A stretch of DNA of 64,000 bases from Eledone cirrhosa (GCA_964016885.1 OZ024750.1:45880001-45944000); one strand, 5' to 3'. Shown: positions 11,298-25,139, counted from the first letter of the stretch. Program-made: numbers and translations. The notes: generated by a model from the letters alone, not told the origin.

Positions 11298-13739
11298 TTA
11301 ATTAGGTTTATAATATTTAAATGTTTTTTTTAGTTTATGATTACACGATATAATTAATTCCTGTCTTTTATTTAATAAGATATCCCTAGACTTCATTATT
11401 TCAAATAGTTCTTGGGAACATAATCTACATTCCTTTCTATTATTTTGATAAGGGGTGGCTCTTTTGAGCACACTCCAGGTCAAATCATATTTTATATTTT
11501 TATTTTTATAACTATTGATTTTTTCTGCTAGAGATGTTGTATTAGCCAGTGCGGCATTTTTAAAGCTATGTTTGTGGGTATTATATCTTGTCTTAAAATT
11601 GTTAGAGGTAGCTCCTATATATGAACAAATAGAATCTTTAGTTTTAACATTACATTTATAGACTATGTTGTTAACAAGACAATTCCCTTTTAATGGGCAG
11701 TTTGTTTTGTTTCTACAGTTACATCCTTTCGTTAATTCTGTATTTGAGGAGATATTATTGTTAATTTGATGTACTGGTGGTATACTTATAGTTTTCTTAC
11801 ATTTATATGCATTATATGCACTTATATTTTGTTTTATGTTATTTGTTGTAGAATATGAGAATTTAACTGTAGACCTATTTAAGATTTGATGGTATTTGTG
11901 GTTTGGCGGGAAGTTTTTCTCAAGGATATAAAAAAATTTTTTAGCAATATTATCCTTAACTTGTAAATTAAAAGGAGCATTATACCAAGTAACTCGTCTA
12001 TTACGGTTTCTATGTTGTTTATTATTTTTATTATTTTTATATGTTGTATCATGATTTTTACTAGGAGGAATAATGTTAATGATCTCACCACAACTATTTT
12101 TAGTTATATTTGTAGATTTAGGTGTTTTATCTTTTTTATTAGGAGTTTTATTATTAATATTTATTATAGTCTTATGATGAGTAGTTTTTTGAGGGTTACT
12201 ATACTTTATATTAAAAGATTTAGTATTTTGGGGTATACTGTGGGTGGCATTTAGGTGTGTACTTTTCATTTGGTGTTTGTTGGTAATATTATGCTGTATG
12301 CTTTCAGTATTTTTAGTAGAAGGTATATACTCTAATCTATTTTTGTGGCCACTTCTATCTAGAGCTTCATTATAAAAGGTCGCATTTTTATCAAATACAT
12401 CTTGGTTAGAAGAAAGGTTAGAAATTCTAAGTGATATATTATATGCAAGGTTTTTAAGGATAGATTTAGGGTGATTAGATTGTGAGTGTATGTAATGTAA
12501 GTTTTGGTTAGGTTTATGGTAAGGTTGGTATATACCCGTAGCTAAATCTAAAGTTATATCTAGGAAATTTACTACTTTACTTGTTTTTTCAAAAGTAATA
12601 TTAAGGTTATAATAGTCTTTAAGGAAAGTTCTAATATGCTTTTTGTTTTTTTCGATTTCTGAAAGGCTAAGGTTGTTAGAAAGAAGAAGACAGTCATCAC
12701 GATATAAACCACCTTTGAGGTGGGGAAAAGAGGCATTTATGTTGAAAAGGAGAAAGAGGCCCACAAGATCAGTAATTTGGGCAGAATCGCTTGAACCCAT
12801 AGTAATATCAAAAAGATTACTATAAGTGTTTCTGGTCCAGTATTCATTCTGAAATTCAATAAGTGTTTGTCTAGCATGTGTAATAATGTTAATGTCATCC
12901 GAAGTTAAACTAGATCTATTTTTAGCAAATATTAATGCTTTGTTCAGGAGTATGGGTGATATAGAAGAATAATAATTATCTATATCAAACTGTAGGAAAG
13001 AAGCAGAAGATTTACACCTAATATTTTTAAACCAATTAATTACCTGGGAGGTGTTTTCCCAGAGTGGTAAAATAACGTATTTTCTTATTTGTGGGATGAC
13101 TCTATCTAAAATTTTTTTGCTAATTATTCCAATATCTGATTTGGAGGGACATATAAGTCTAATAGAAGGATTAGAGTTAAAGTTAGATTTGTGATCTTTC
13201 AGGTTGAAGTGTGGACTTCTCAATGCCAAAGGTTCAGTTCTATCTTCAATATTTAGTTTTTTTACTATGTTGTGTGTTTTGTTGTTGATGTTGGTGAGTG
13301 ACGCATTATTAGATTTTTTATAATTTTTTCTGAGTTCTTTATATATGAACTCATTATAATGTTCAATATCCATATGATACAAGTTACCAGTTTTGTCCGA
13401 GTGGACATGGATTTTTTTAGACTTTTTTAGGTCCAATAGGGTAGAATCAAGGTCCTTTTGAAAGACGGATTTATACTTTTTAAATTTTAGGTGTTTAATT
13501 AAATTAAAAAGGTCTTTCTCGAAGTCTTCAAGTAAAAAGTTGTGTGGTGGATTCTTGTAAGTGTTGAAATCATACATATATTTCCGATCTGCTTGTTTAG
13601 ATTTTCTATCAAAGTGGTAGGCTCTCCATCTAACCCTTCTGATAAAATTATTAGTTTTCTGAATCATAAGGAGTAAGAAGTCGTCCTTAGAAGGTATTGG
13701 TATGTTTTTTAAGGAGGTTCCTAAATATTGTTTTTCCAT
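11298..13739 (-). CDS. Penelope-like element polyprotein: reverse transcriptase plus C-terminal GIY-YIG endonuclease (probably Naiad clade)
   Basis: Open 813 aa from the first ATG (track ORF 820 aa from TTG at 13760). RT motifs: SDKTGN, FDIDNYYSSI, MGSSDS, YRDD, FLDITL. CxCx5Cx5C motif (CNCRNKTNCPLKGNC). GIY-YIG-like NIVYKC..SYIGAT..FKTRYNTH. Terminal CRLC..E. Confidence 0.93.
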   Translation of the reverse strand: MEKQYLGTSLKNIPIPSKDDFLLLMIQKTNNFIRRVRWRAYHFDRKSKQADRKYMYDFNTYKNPPHNFLLEDFEKDLFNLIKHLKFKKYKSVFQKDLDSTLLDLKKSKKIHVHSDKTGNLYHMDIEHYNEFIYKELRKNYKKSNNASLTNINNKTHNIVKKLNIEDRTEPLALRSPHFNLKDHKSNFNSNPSIRLICPSKSDIGIISKKILDRVIPQIRKYVILPLWENTSQVINWFKNIRCKSSASFLQFDIDNYYSSISPILLNKALIFAKNRSSLTSDDINIITHARQTLIEFQNEYWTRNTYSNLFDITMGSSDSAQITDLVGLFLLFNINASFPHLKGGLYRDDCLLLSNNLSLSEIEKNKKHIRTFLKDYYNLNITFEKTSKVVNFLDITLDLATGIYQPYHKPNQNLHYIHSQSNHPKSILKNLAYNISLRISNLSSNQDVFDKNATFYNEALDRSGHKNRLEYIPSTKNTESIQHNITNKHQMKSTHLNATHSIPQNTKSFNIKYSNPQKTTHHKTIININNKTPNKKDKTPKSTNITKNSCGEIINIIPPSKNHDTTYKNNKNNKQHRNRNRRVTWYNAPFNLQVKDNIAKKFFYILEKNFPPNHKYHQILNRSTVKFSYSTTNNIKQNISAYNAYKCKKTISIPPVHQINNNISSNTELTKGCNCRNKTNCPLKGNCLVNNIVYKCNVKTKDSICSYIGATSNNFKTRYNTHKHSFKNAALANTTSLAEKINSYKNKNIKYDLTWSVLKRATPYQNNRKECRLCSQELFEIMKSRDILLNKRQELIISCNHKLKKTFKYYKPN

Positions 13740-14082
13740 TGTGATATGGATGATGGACAATTGAAAGAGCTCAACTAAATGTATATGGGTTTACAAAATC
13801 ATACATATATATATGTTTATACATAAATATAAAATTAATACACACATACAGTACAAAAATACGAATATTTCCGTGAAAATAGGAGCAAAATTATGTAGAT
13901 AAATCTACCAAGAGTTTACGGTAGTGTCCAATCCGTATGAAGAACTCAATGTATTCCGGATATCATGGAAAGAAGAGATGTAATGAAAATCCAATTTCGG
14001 TGAAAGATAAACGGTATACAGAGTCAAGATAAAATATTAAACAAATAATGAACAAACAATTCCTTATATTAAACAAAAAAAG

Positions 14083-14237
14083 TTCACTATTTAACGATCG
14101 TTTCTAGGGTATATATGTGTTGTAATTGGTATGCATATTTAACAGATCTATGTACAAAATTATACAAAATTATACAAATTATCAAGATTAAATATACATA
14201 CCTAACTCATATATACGCCGTCTTCAGAAATAATGAA
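14083..14237 (-). ncRNA. Type I hammerhead in the PLE repeat upstream of the ORF
   Basis: Identical to 7861-8015, offset +6222. Confidence 0.82.
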
Positions 14238-15005
14238 GTATATTTATTGATAATAACAACAATTCAAAATATCAGTTCAAAATTGACCAATGAAAACACA
14301 AAGGGTTAAAAAGCAGTTTGGTGTGTGTATATACATGTAAAACACTACACACATTTTACAATAATGTGTGTATAATCTGTATGTGCATACTAAAAAGATG
14401 GATGCAAATAAAAAATTTCAAGGTTAATATCTCTGTAAGCTTAATGCGCTGATAAGATACGCAATGATACTTATGGAGTCAAGCATATAAATATATTTTT
14501 TTCATACTCACACATATCAGTATAATCACACATACATGTGCGTATATATATAAATATACACATAACCACGAACACACAAACACACACACTCCCCCACTCA
14601 CATTTATATATGTGGATATAAAATCATAAGCAAATAGAAATTAAGTCACTCACATAAACACACTGGTACACACATTTCAAGATCAAGATACAGAAATTAG
14701 GTGGGAGGGGGGGGAGGGGTCAGTATTAGACTGTCAGACCAGACAACCTTAATATAAATGTATCTATAAATTATGAAAAATAAAAAAATAAAAACAATAA
14801 AATATAATACATATAATATAATGTACATACGCATACAGATATACATACACATACAAACATGTATGCGCACATAGAGATATCTATACATACATACATACAC
14901 ACATACCTATACTGTCATACACACACATACATTTACACGAACATACACATACACATATAAAAAGATATAAATACGGACACACACACGCGCAACACATACA
15001 TACAT

Positions 15006-15054
<49 letters not shown>

Positions 15055-15163
15055 TATACACACACACGTAGACTCATATATATATACATACACATACATA
15101 CATTTATACACAAACATATATATCCCACACTCATACCACTATAAAAACACATACAAACATCCA

Positions 15164-15208
<45 letters not shown>

Positions 15209-15421
15209 ACATACACACACGTACACACATATGTATATATACATACATATATACACACACACACATATATATATACACACACACACATAAAATACAGACA
15301 TGCACATATATATATATATATATATATATTTCATTACTCTTATATATACACATAGTATATATACATACACAACCTCACTTATACACATATACACATAAGT
15401 TATATTACAATAATAATAAAG

Positions 15422-15466
<45 letters not shown>

Positions 15467-15609
15467 TATACACACATATACACATATACATACACATACA
15501 TACACATACATACATACATACACATACATACATACACCTAAATATAAACATATATAAATACACACATACGAATAAAGACATATATTCACACATAGACACC
15601 TATATTCAC

Positions 15610-15645
<36 letters not shown>

Positions 15646-15675
15646 CTATATACACACACATACACATACATACAC

Positions 15676-15713
<38 letters not shown>

Positions 15714-17510
15714 GCACACACATACAGACACACATACACACTCACATATATATATATATATATATATATGTGTATGTGAGTGTGCGCAAATACATATATA
15801 TATATATACACACACACATACAAACACACACAAACTCATACATATGCATACGTACACACACACACACATATATCACATAGATACGAAGATAAACATATAA
15901 ATAGAGAGACATACAAATATATACAGAACCCATATACACATACATACAAACACGCATATACATATATATACATATATACACACATATATATTCCTATATA
16001 CAAGCATACACATACACACACATATATACATATACATACACATATACATACCACACATTCACATACACGTACATATATAATACATATATATACATATATA
16101 TACATACATATGTATGTACAATCATATATACACACTCAATCTTACATTCATATTTACATGCTCATATATGTATTTTTATATTTAGAAATAAATACCAAAA
16201 AAAAAAAAAAAAACCTATATAGACACCCATCTACACATATATTCATACATATACACTTACAAAAACAGATGATAATAGTATGGGGGAAAGGGGGGGTTTG
16301 GAGAAGGGGATCAAAGTAAATATATGTTTCAAGAAACATATAATATTTTCCATATCTTAATTCAATGTATGTTCCTACATATTTTCAGTGCTAGGAAATA
16401 CGAAATCTATGCATCACAAAATAAAAAAGTATACTATTAATCATATGTCAACTAAACCAAAGATAGTCAACATATTGATTTCCAAGGTATAAATTAGTTA
16501 GGTTTATAATATTTGAGGCAGAATTATGAAGTCAAACAGTAGTAGATTATTAATTACATTATAACTAAATTAAAGTTAATAACGTTATGGTATCAATATT
16601 AGGAGATGAATTTAGTAATAGGGAAAAGAAACCCAAATAAAAATAAAATAAAGTATTACATCGGTAGTAGCATATAAATTATATGTTAACTAAGTTAAAA
16701 ATTATATATTTATTTCAATAGTATATGTTAATTAGTATATGTTAATTAGGTATACAATACATAAAGCAGATATTGTATTTCATCAATAGCATAATATAAT
16801 TATACGCAAATAAAAATCAAAATTAATACGCACACATATACATATACATACACATACACATACATATACATATACATACACATATATATATATATATATA
16901 TACATATATATACACATACATACATATATAGTCACATAAATATACATACAGATACACATACAACACATACATATACATATACATATAGATATACATATCT
17001 TTTTCAAAAAATTTTTGCACAGAATATATTAACTAGGTATATATCCAAAAACACCTCCCATTCTATGATTACATGACATTCTGCAATTCGTCTGTACAAG
17101 GATACTAATTTTAAGCAAATTAAAGTTAAAATTAAAGTTTTAGGTTGATTAAAGCTAAAACCAAATAATAAATATATTTCCAAAATGTATATTAATTAGG
17201 TCAATAATACTAAAAATTCTTTCTCCGTCATAGGATACATGATATTATTTTGTTATATTTTATCTGTAAAAGAATTATAATAAAAAAAATTATAATAAAA
17301 GGTTAAACTAAATTAAAAAATTATAATAAAAGGTTAAAATAAGTTAAAATTAATCTATAAATTAAATTACTGAATATATATTAGTAATATTTAAAGGTTT
17401 TTCAAAATTAATGATTACATAATATTTTCTCATCTGTAATAAAATATTAATTAAATTAAATTTATAGGTTAACTAACATTTAAATTAAATTAAATTCTAG
17501 AATAATGTTA

Positions 17511-18991
17511 TTAATTAGGTTTATAATATTTAAATGTTTTTTTTAGTTTATGATTACACGATATAATTAATTCCTGTCTTTTATTTAATAAGATATCCCT
17601 AGACTTCATTATTTCAAATAGTTCTTGGGAACATAATCTACATTCCTTTCTATTATTTTGATAAGGGGTGGCTCTTTTGAGCACACTCCAGGTCAAATCA
17701 TATTTTATATTTTTATTTTTATAACTATTGATTTTTTCTGCTAGAGATGTTGTATTAGCCAGTGCGGCATTTTTAAAGCTATGTTTGTGGGTATTATATC
17801 TTGTCTTAAAATTGTTAGAGGTAGCTCCTATATATGAACAAATAGAATCTTTAGTTTTAACATTACATTTATAGACTATGTTGTTAACAAGACAATTCCC
17901 TTTTAATGGGCAGTTTGTTTTGTTTCTACAGTTACATCCTTTCGTTAATTCTGTATTTGAGGAGATATTATTGTTAATTTGATGTACTGGTGGTATACTT
18001 ATAGTTTTCTTACATTTATATGCATTATATGCACTTATATTTTGTTTTATGTTATTTGTTGTAGAATATGAGAATTTAACTGTAGACCTATTTAAGATTT
18101 GATGGTATTTGTGGTTTGGCGGGAAGTTTTTCTCAAGGATATAAAAAAATTTTTTAGCAATATTATCCTTAACTTGTAAATTAAAAGGAGCATTATACCA
18201 AGTAACTCGTCTATTACGGTTTCTATGTTGTTTATTATTTTTATTATTTTTATATGTTGTATCATGATTTTTACTAGGAGGAATAATGTTAATGATCTCA
18301 CCACAACTATTTTTAGTTATATTTGTAGATTTAGGTGTTTTATCTTTTTTATTAGGAGTTTTATTATTAATATTTATTATAGTCTTATGATGAGTAGTTT
18401 TTTGAGGGTTACTATACTTTATATTAAAAGATTTAGTATTTTGGGGTATACTGTGGGTGGCATTTAGGTGTGTACTTTTCATTTGGTGTTTGTTGGTAAT
18501 ATTATGCTGTATGCTTTCAGTATTTTTAGTAGAAGGTATATACTCTAATCTATTTTTGTGGCCACTTCTATCTAGAGCTTCATTATAAAAGGTCGCATTT
18601 TTATCAAATACATCTTGGTTAGAAGAAAGGTTAGAAATTCTAAGTGATATATTATATGCAAGGTTTTTAAGGATAGATTTAGGGTGATTAGATTGTGAGT
18701 GTATGTAATGTAAGTTTTGGTTAGGTTTATGGTAAGGTTGGTATATACCCGTAGCTAAATCTAAAGTTATATCTAGGAAATTTACTACTTTACTTGTTTT
18801 TTCAAAAGTAATATTAAGGTTATAATAGTCTTTAAGGAAAGTTCTAATATGCTTTTTGTTTTTTTCGATTTCTGAAAGGCTAAGGTTGTTAGAAAGAAGA
18901 AGACAGTCATCACGATATAAACCACCTTTGAGGTGGGGAAAAGAGGCATTTATGTTGAAAAGGAGAAAGAGGCCCACAAGATCAGTAATTT
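17511..18991 (-). pseudogene. 5'-truncated second copy of the PLE ORF (from just upstream of YRDD through the endonuclease)
   Basis: Protein identical to the C-terminal ~488 aa of the 11298-13739 ORF; truncated at the inversion junction. Confidence 0.9.
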
Positions 18992-19447
18992 CTGTATCTT
19001 GATCTTGAAATGTGTGTACCAGTGTGTTTATGTGAGTGACTTAATTTCTATTTGCTTATGATTTTATATCCACATATATAAATGTGAGTGGGGGAGTGTG
19101 TGTGTTTGTGTGTTCGTGGTTATGTGTATATTTATATATATACGCACATGTATGTGTGATTATACTGATATGTGTGAGTATGAAAAAAATATATTTATAT
19201 GCTTGACTCCATAAGTATCATTGCGTATCTTATCAGCGCATTAAGCTTACAGAGATATTAACCTTGAAATTTTTTATTTGCATCCATCTTTTTAGTATGC
19301 ACATACAGATTATACACACATTATTGTAAAATGTGTGTAGTGTTTTACATGTATATACACACACCAAACTGCTTTTTAACCCTTTGTGTTTTCATTGGTC
19401 AATTTTGAACTGATATTTTGAATTGTTGTTATTATCAATAAATATAC

Positions 19448-19602
19448 TTCATTATTTCTGAAGACGGCGTATATATGAGTTAGGTATGTATATTTAATCT
19501 TGATAATTTGTATAATTTTGTATAATTTTGTACATAGATCTGTTAAATATGCATACCAATTACAACACATATATACCCTAGAAACGATCGTTAAATAGTG
19601 AA
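19448..19602 (+). ncRNA. Type I hammerhead in the inverted PLE terminal segment
   Basis: TTCATTATTT (19448-57), CTGAAGA (19458-64) ... GAAA (19581-84), CGATCG, TT, AAATAGTGAA (19593-602). Confidence 0.82.
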
Positions 19603-19787
19603 CTTTTTTTGTTTAATATAAGGAATTGTTTGTTCATTATTTGTTTAATATTTTATCTTGACTCTGTATACCGTTTATCTTTCACCGAAATTGGATTTTC
19701 ATTACATCTCTTCTTTCCATGATATCCGGAATACATTGAGTTCTTCATACGGATTGGACACTACCGTAAACTCTTGGTAGATTTATC

Positions 19788-20056
<269 letters not shown>

Positions 20057-20097
20057 CGTAAATAAGAAAGTTATGAAAATTGACTTACTAAAATTTC

Positions 20098-20176
20098 ACT
20101 CCAACTAATTAGTTTCTGTAAGGGGATAAATATAGTTATGTAATAATTATAGAGAATCCTTACGTCATCAGGGAGT
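20098..20176 (-). ncRNA. Type I hammerhead (inverted copy)
   Basis: Reverse complement of 20610-20688, with 2-3 substitutions in the stem II region. Confidence 0.75.
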
Positions 20177-20609
20177 CTATTCTCATAATTTTCATAACTT
20201 TCTTATTTACGTCTTTCATATCATTGTTCTGCATTCCCCTGCATAGAACCACAAAATTACTAAAACAAAACATATATATTTGCTAGCATAGGTATGCATC
20301 GGTATACATATGTCGGTAGATATATTAATTCTTTACAATTACCTCCAAATTATTTGTTGAGCAAAATTTGCCAAATTACTACTGTGACTGATAGTAGTAG
20401 CTAGGCTCTGTCTTAATAGCACCCCCACTCCAAGCTGGTTAACCTCAGTGTCACGTGATTGATTCTTTTGAATTTGCCACTTGACCAAGAAGGCAGTGAA
20501 TTTTTCAATGGCTTGGAATCTAGCCCCGCTCGTTTTTATCCATCCACTGAATTATTTTTATGTAGGATCCCAGTGTCCCCGCATTGCCTGGAAACTTAGG
20601 TGAGAATAG

Positions 20610-20688
20610 ACTCCCTGATGACGTAAGGCTTCTCTATAGTTATTACATAACTATATTTATCCCCTTACAGAAACTAATTAGTTGGAGT
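20610..20688 (+). ncRNA. Type I hammerhead with extended stem II
   Basis: ACTCC-CTGATGA-cGTAAGG..TATAGTTAT tac ATAACTATA..CCTTACa-GAAA-CTAATTAG-TT-GGAGT. Confidence 0.8.
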
Positions 20689-20852
20689 GAAATTTTAGTA
20701 AGTAAGTCAATTTTCATAACTTTCTTATTTACGTCTTTCATATAACTGTTCTGCATTCCCCTGCATAGAACCACAAAGTTACTAAGACAAAACATATATA
20801 TCTGCTAGCATAGGCATGCATCGGTATACATATGTCGGTAGATATATTAATT

Positions 20853-20908
<56 letters not shown>

Positions 20909-20941
20909 CCATTTAACATCTCAGGGTATGTCATGTATCAT

Positions 20942-21000
20942 TATATTGTGTCTGATCATGACGTACTGTTGTACATCCGAAATATGTATAATAAAATGTA
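20942..21000 (+). ncRNA. Degenerate type I hammerhead (core CTGATCA), same family as 57905
   Basis: TATATTGTGT-CTGATCA-tGAcGTAC tgtt GTACaTCc-GAAA-TATGTA-TA-ATAAAATGTA. Flanks are similar to 57870-58025. Confidence 0.6.
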
Positions 21001-21136
21001 ATTGATCAATGAACATCTATTTTATTAATACTTATATTTTAATATTAATAACTTTTGAACAATTTTTTCTTGTTGTGTGCTTCCAATCTGCTGTAAAACT
21101 CATTCTTTGACATAATCATCGAATATTGTTTAAAAA

Positions 21137-21193
<57 letters not shown>

Positions 21194-21316
21194 CTGTGTG
21201 TGTTTATTTGTGTGTATATATCTCTGCTAGTATGTTTGTATATATGTCCGTCTAAGTGTGTTTAAACGTGTATGAATATGTTTACATTGTGAGTATAAGT
21301 TTCTAATATTGTCCAT

Positions 21317-21351
<35 letters not shown>

Positions 21352-21585
21352 TGAGTGTCTGTGTATGTAGGTGGTGGTTGTGTCAGGAGAATTAATAATA
21401 TTTAGAAAATAACTTAATTAATAACGAATATAGACATACATACAAACATACAAACCAACTTACTTGCATATATATACGCACACATATATACATACATGCA
21501 TACATGCATACATACATAATATATACACACATACATACATGCATAAATAGATACTTGCATACATACATGCATACATGCATACATA

Positions 21586-21932
21586 GTGGCTGCCAACACG
21601 TTTTCGAGTACAGCCTCTACTGTATATCCATGTAGGAGAGCCCCTAGCGATGCGCTGAACGAGTGTGACTTTTTAGTCCAGCCAGCGACTTACAAACTCT
21701 GGTACAAACACTACACTTGTGACAATTATTGACACATAATGCTGGGCCCATGGTACCATGTGATGACAAGTGCAGAGAGATCTCCAGATATAAAGCAATG
21801 CCTGTACCGTGAAGCTTTTATAGTGAGCAAAGGCACTGCACAAAGCCAGTCCCACTCTCTTAACCAAGATGATATTTAACAAAAAGAAGAACAAGTCAGC
21901 ATCATTGGATACCATCAGCGTTGCAGGGTTGC
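21586..21932 (-). mobile_element. RTE-type LINE-derived 3' fragment in (CATA)n
   Basis: Encodes a VCTRVCKSLAGLKSHTR C2H2-like tail typical of RTE-type ORF ends; homologous to 46985-47328. Confidence 0.6.
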
Positions 21933-22029
21933 ATACATACATGCATACATACATATATACACACATACATACAAACGTACTTACATACATACGTACATAT
22001 ATACATATATAAATACATTCAGACATACA

Positions 22030-22620
22030 TGATGGCTGTCCCCTCGTTATCAAGTATGGCCATTGCACGATATACCATTATTAATAAATATTAATTAATT
22101 CTATCATGCAATTCCTGTGCTTGAAGATATTTTTTAAAGTGAGGAAAGACTGTGCACTGAGCCAATCCCACTCTCTGAGCGACAGCAGCTATAACCCGAA
22201 AAGAAGAAAAGATCAACCTCATCGGTAAACTACTGAGCCGCAGGTTTTATGTCGGAGTTAACCCAGTTTCCTGAGTTGCCTTCTCTTAGAAGATGTCACA
22301 ACAAAGGCTAGGGGTCCTTCACTCACAATGGTTTAACCGCACGATCGGATGTTCAGCCGCATATACATACACATTCACCCATGTATATACACATATACAT
22401 ATACATGTGTATATACATATTTACATATTTAAACACTTTTGGATGGGCGTTGACCCTTATGAGTTCTTCCGGCCTTTGTCAGGTTTTGTTTTTTCTTCTG
22501 CAGGGTATCCAAAATCACCCTCCCACCAAGTCTACATGGTGAGGAGGGTTGCAGATTTATTCGCCATGCGACAGGTTGTACTGGGTTACATGTTACCTGA
22601 AGCACTCAAGAGTGACCCGA
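22030..22620 (-). mobile_element. Non-autonomous RTE-related element (5' UTR-like head)
   Basis: Second copy at 23990-24370. Shares GGGTGATTTTG..A..CCTGCAG, ...CCATCCAAAA and CTA.GAGAAGG.AACTC motifs with 46800-46990. Flanked by (CATA)n. Confidence 0.5.
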
Positions 22621-22637
22621 CATAACATACATACATA

Positions 22638-23458
22638 CAGGAAATCAACACAAAATACCTTGTTCACAAAAGAAATAGGGATGCAGGCAAAACACCTAGA
22701 TGTGACAACAAGTGCAGACTCTGCAGAATTAACATCGAAGATGTCACCAATGTCATAAGCAGCTGTCTAAAGATGTCATCGCAGTGCTATCTACCTATGA
22801 GGCATGATGTAGTGTCCAAAACAGTGTACAATGCAATCCGTAGAAAAGATAAACCCGATAATAAACACATTAAAAGCTACAGCAATGTGGAAGACATACA
22901 TATACATATTATGAAAGAGTACTGGTGGAATGTTACAGTAAAAACCCCAATAAGATGCGGGCATAACAGTCCAGACATAATGATAAGGGACAGGGAAGCA
23001 TGCACAGTAGTGGAAGTTAGCTGCCCTTCAGATACCAGTATAATATCAAAGATTAGCGAAAAGGAGAATATTTATGCAGAACTGATGATAAATCTGCAGA
23101 TGCTCCAGCCTGATTATGCCTGGGCCTCACAGGAACAGAAAGAACACAACTAGTTAGGAAATTACAAGTACAATTCATTAATGGAACAGTAAAAATATTT
23201 AAAACATTCCAAAAATGTTGCATCTAATAACTGCATATACACATGTACAGATACAAAACATATACACATGCACACATACAACTCAAAACATACACATCCA
23301 CACATACAATAACATCCATATCTACACATGCATGCAGACATGCAAACAATCTACCTAGTTGATGTTGTGTAAATTCCAATGAGAGAGTCTTGTGTCTATG
23401 TTAGAAACCGACTCTCTCTCTATTGGTAAAAAATTGTGAAATTATAAAACTAGAAGAA
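22638..23458 (+). mobile_element. 5'-truncated R4/Dong-like non-LTR retrotransposon (CCHC knuckle plus restriction-like endonuclease), disrupted
   Basis: CRLCRINIEDVTNVISSC..RHDVV..WWN..HNSPDIMI..VEVSCP..EKENIY. The 3' end AAAC.AGAAGAA abuts (CATA)n. Confidence 0.8.
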
Positions 23459-23611
23459 TATACATACATACATACATACATACTTACATAGTGACATACA
23501 TACATGCATTTATACATACATACGTACATAAATACATATATATACATACATACATACATGCTTACATACTGACATACATACATACAAACATTTAGACATA
23601 CATACATGCAA

Positions 23612-23966
23612 ACATAGAGGATTGTACTGAGGCAGTGTATATACGTATGTATGTTCTGGTTTTAAAATTTGTGAAATTATAAAACCAGAAGAACATATAT
23701 ACATATATACACTGCCTGAGTACAAATCCTGAGAAGCTGGGCTTCAGAGAAACAGAAAGAACACAACTAGTTAGGGAAATTAAAAGTACAATCCATTAAT
23801 GGAACAGGAAATATATGTAAAATATTCCAAATATTCTGCATCAAATAACTATACATACCTACCTGTTTTTGTTGTATAAATACCAATGAGAGAGTCTTGT
23901 AACTATGTTAGAAACCGACTCTCTCTCTATTGGCAAAAAATTTAGAAATTATAAAACCAGAAGAAC
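23612..23966 (+). mobile_element. Fold-back 3' end plus a second short 3' fragment of the R4/Dong-like element
   Basis: Hairpin at 23617-23730 containing the element's 3' terminus; 23726-23966 repeats the 3' UTR. Confidence 0.65.
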
Positions 23967-23989
23967 ATACATACATACATACATATATA

Positions 23990-24370
23990 CATGATGGCTG
24001 CCCCCTCATTATTGAGTATGGCCATTGCACGATATACCATTATTAATAATTATTAATTATTTCTATCGCGCAATGCCTGTGCGTGAAGACATTTTTTAAA
24101 GTGGGGAAAGACTGTGCACCGAGCCAATCCCACTCTCTGAGCGAGAGTAGCTATAACCGGAAAATATGAAAAGATCAACATCATTGGAAACTACTGAGCC
24201 GCAGGTTTTATATCAGAGTTATCCCAGTTTCCTGAGTTGCCTTCTCCTAGAAGAATGCCCTGAGAAAGGCTAGGGGTCCTTCACTCCCAGTGGTTTAACC
24301 ACGCGGTACATGTATATATACATATTTACACACTTTTGGATGGCCGTTGACTCTTATGAGTTCTTCCGCC
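23990..24370 (-). mobile_element. Second copy of the RTE-related non-autonomous element
   Basis: Aligns by eye to 22030-22472. Confidence 0.55.
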
Positions 24371-24627
24371 CATACATACATACATACAAACATAGACACA
24401 TATATGCATGCATGATGACTAAGTGAAGACATTGTTGTTCATCAGCAGAATTTTATATGACTCCATATATTTGTTTAAATAGAATGACCATTCGAGACAT
24501 ATAATCGGTATAAAACCGTTATATGGGGTTGATACAGTAAAATGCAAGTTAATACCCCTTGCCAACTACTTTTTTATCGACTTTCATGTTATTTTAACAC
24601 ATTTTCTAATGTTATTATTATTTATAG

Positions 24628-24822
24628 AGGGCGGTGGATTCGCAGGGTCGGTGGAGGGGCGAAAGCCATGCTTTGCGGCATAGAGTTACGCCCATTTACG
24701 TTCTGAGTTCAAATCCTGCCGAGGTTAACTTTGCCTTTCATCCTTACAGTGTCGATAAAATAAAGTACCAGTAATGCACTAGGATAATTGCTGGCCTTGT
24801 GCCTAAAGTAGAAACAATTATT
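24628..24822 (+). mobile_element. SINE family B
   Basis: GGGCGGTGGATT..GTTCAAATCC..GTCGATAAAATAAAGTACCAG. Confidence 0.75.
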
Positions 24823-24912
24823 ATTTATAGAGATCGACTGTTGTTACAGTTACATTCTGCAACTGGGTTCCCATATTAGACATTTTAAATAATTCAAACG
24901 TCTCATTAAATC

Positions 24913-24947
<35 letters not shown>

Positions 24948-24950
<3 letters not shown>

Positions 24951-25139
24951 AACAAGTAAGACCCCGACGGCTGAGCTCAAGCCGTTTCGGCGGCTGATTC
25001 GCGTCCAGAATTAGCCGTCGAAACGGCTTGAGCTCAGCCGTCGGGGTCTTACTTGTTCCTATTACCCACTCTACTACCCTAAGTATTGAGTACTTTGGTG
25101 CGTTATGGTCCACCTGGTTCCTTACCATATTTCCTTCGT

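Noticed and set aside
11298-13760. Selenocysteine recoding, as reported for some Naiad PLEs
   Set aside because: The ORF has no in-frame TGA and ends in TAA TAA.
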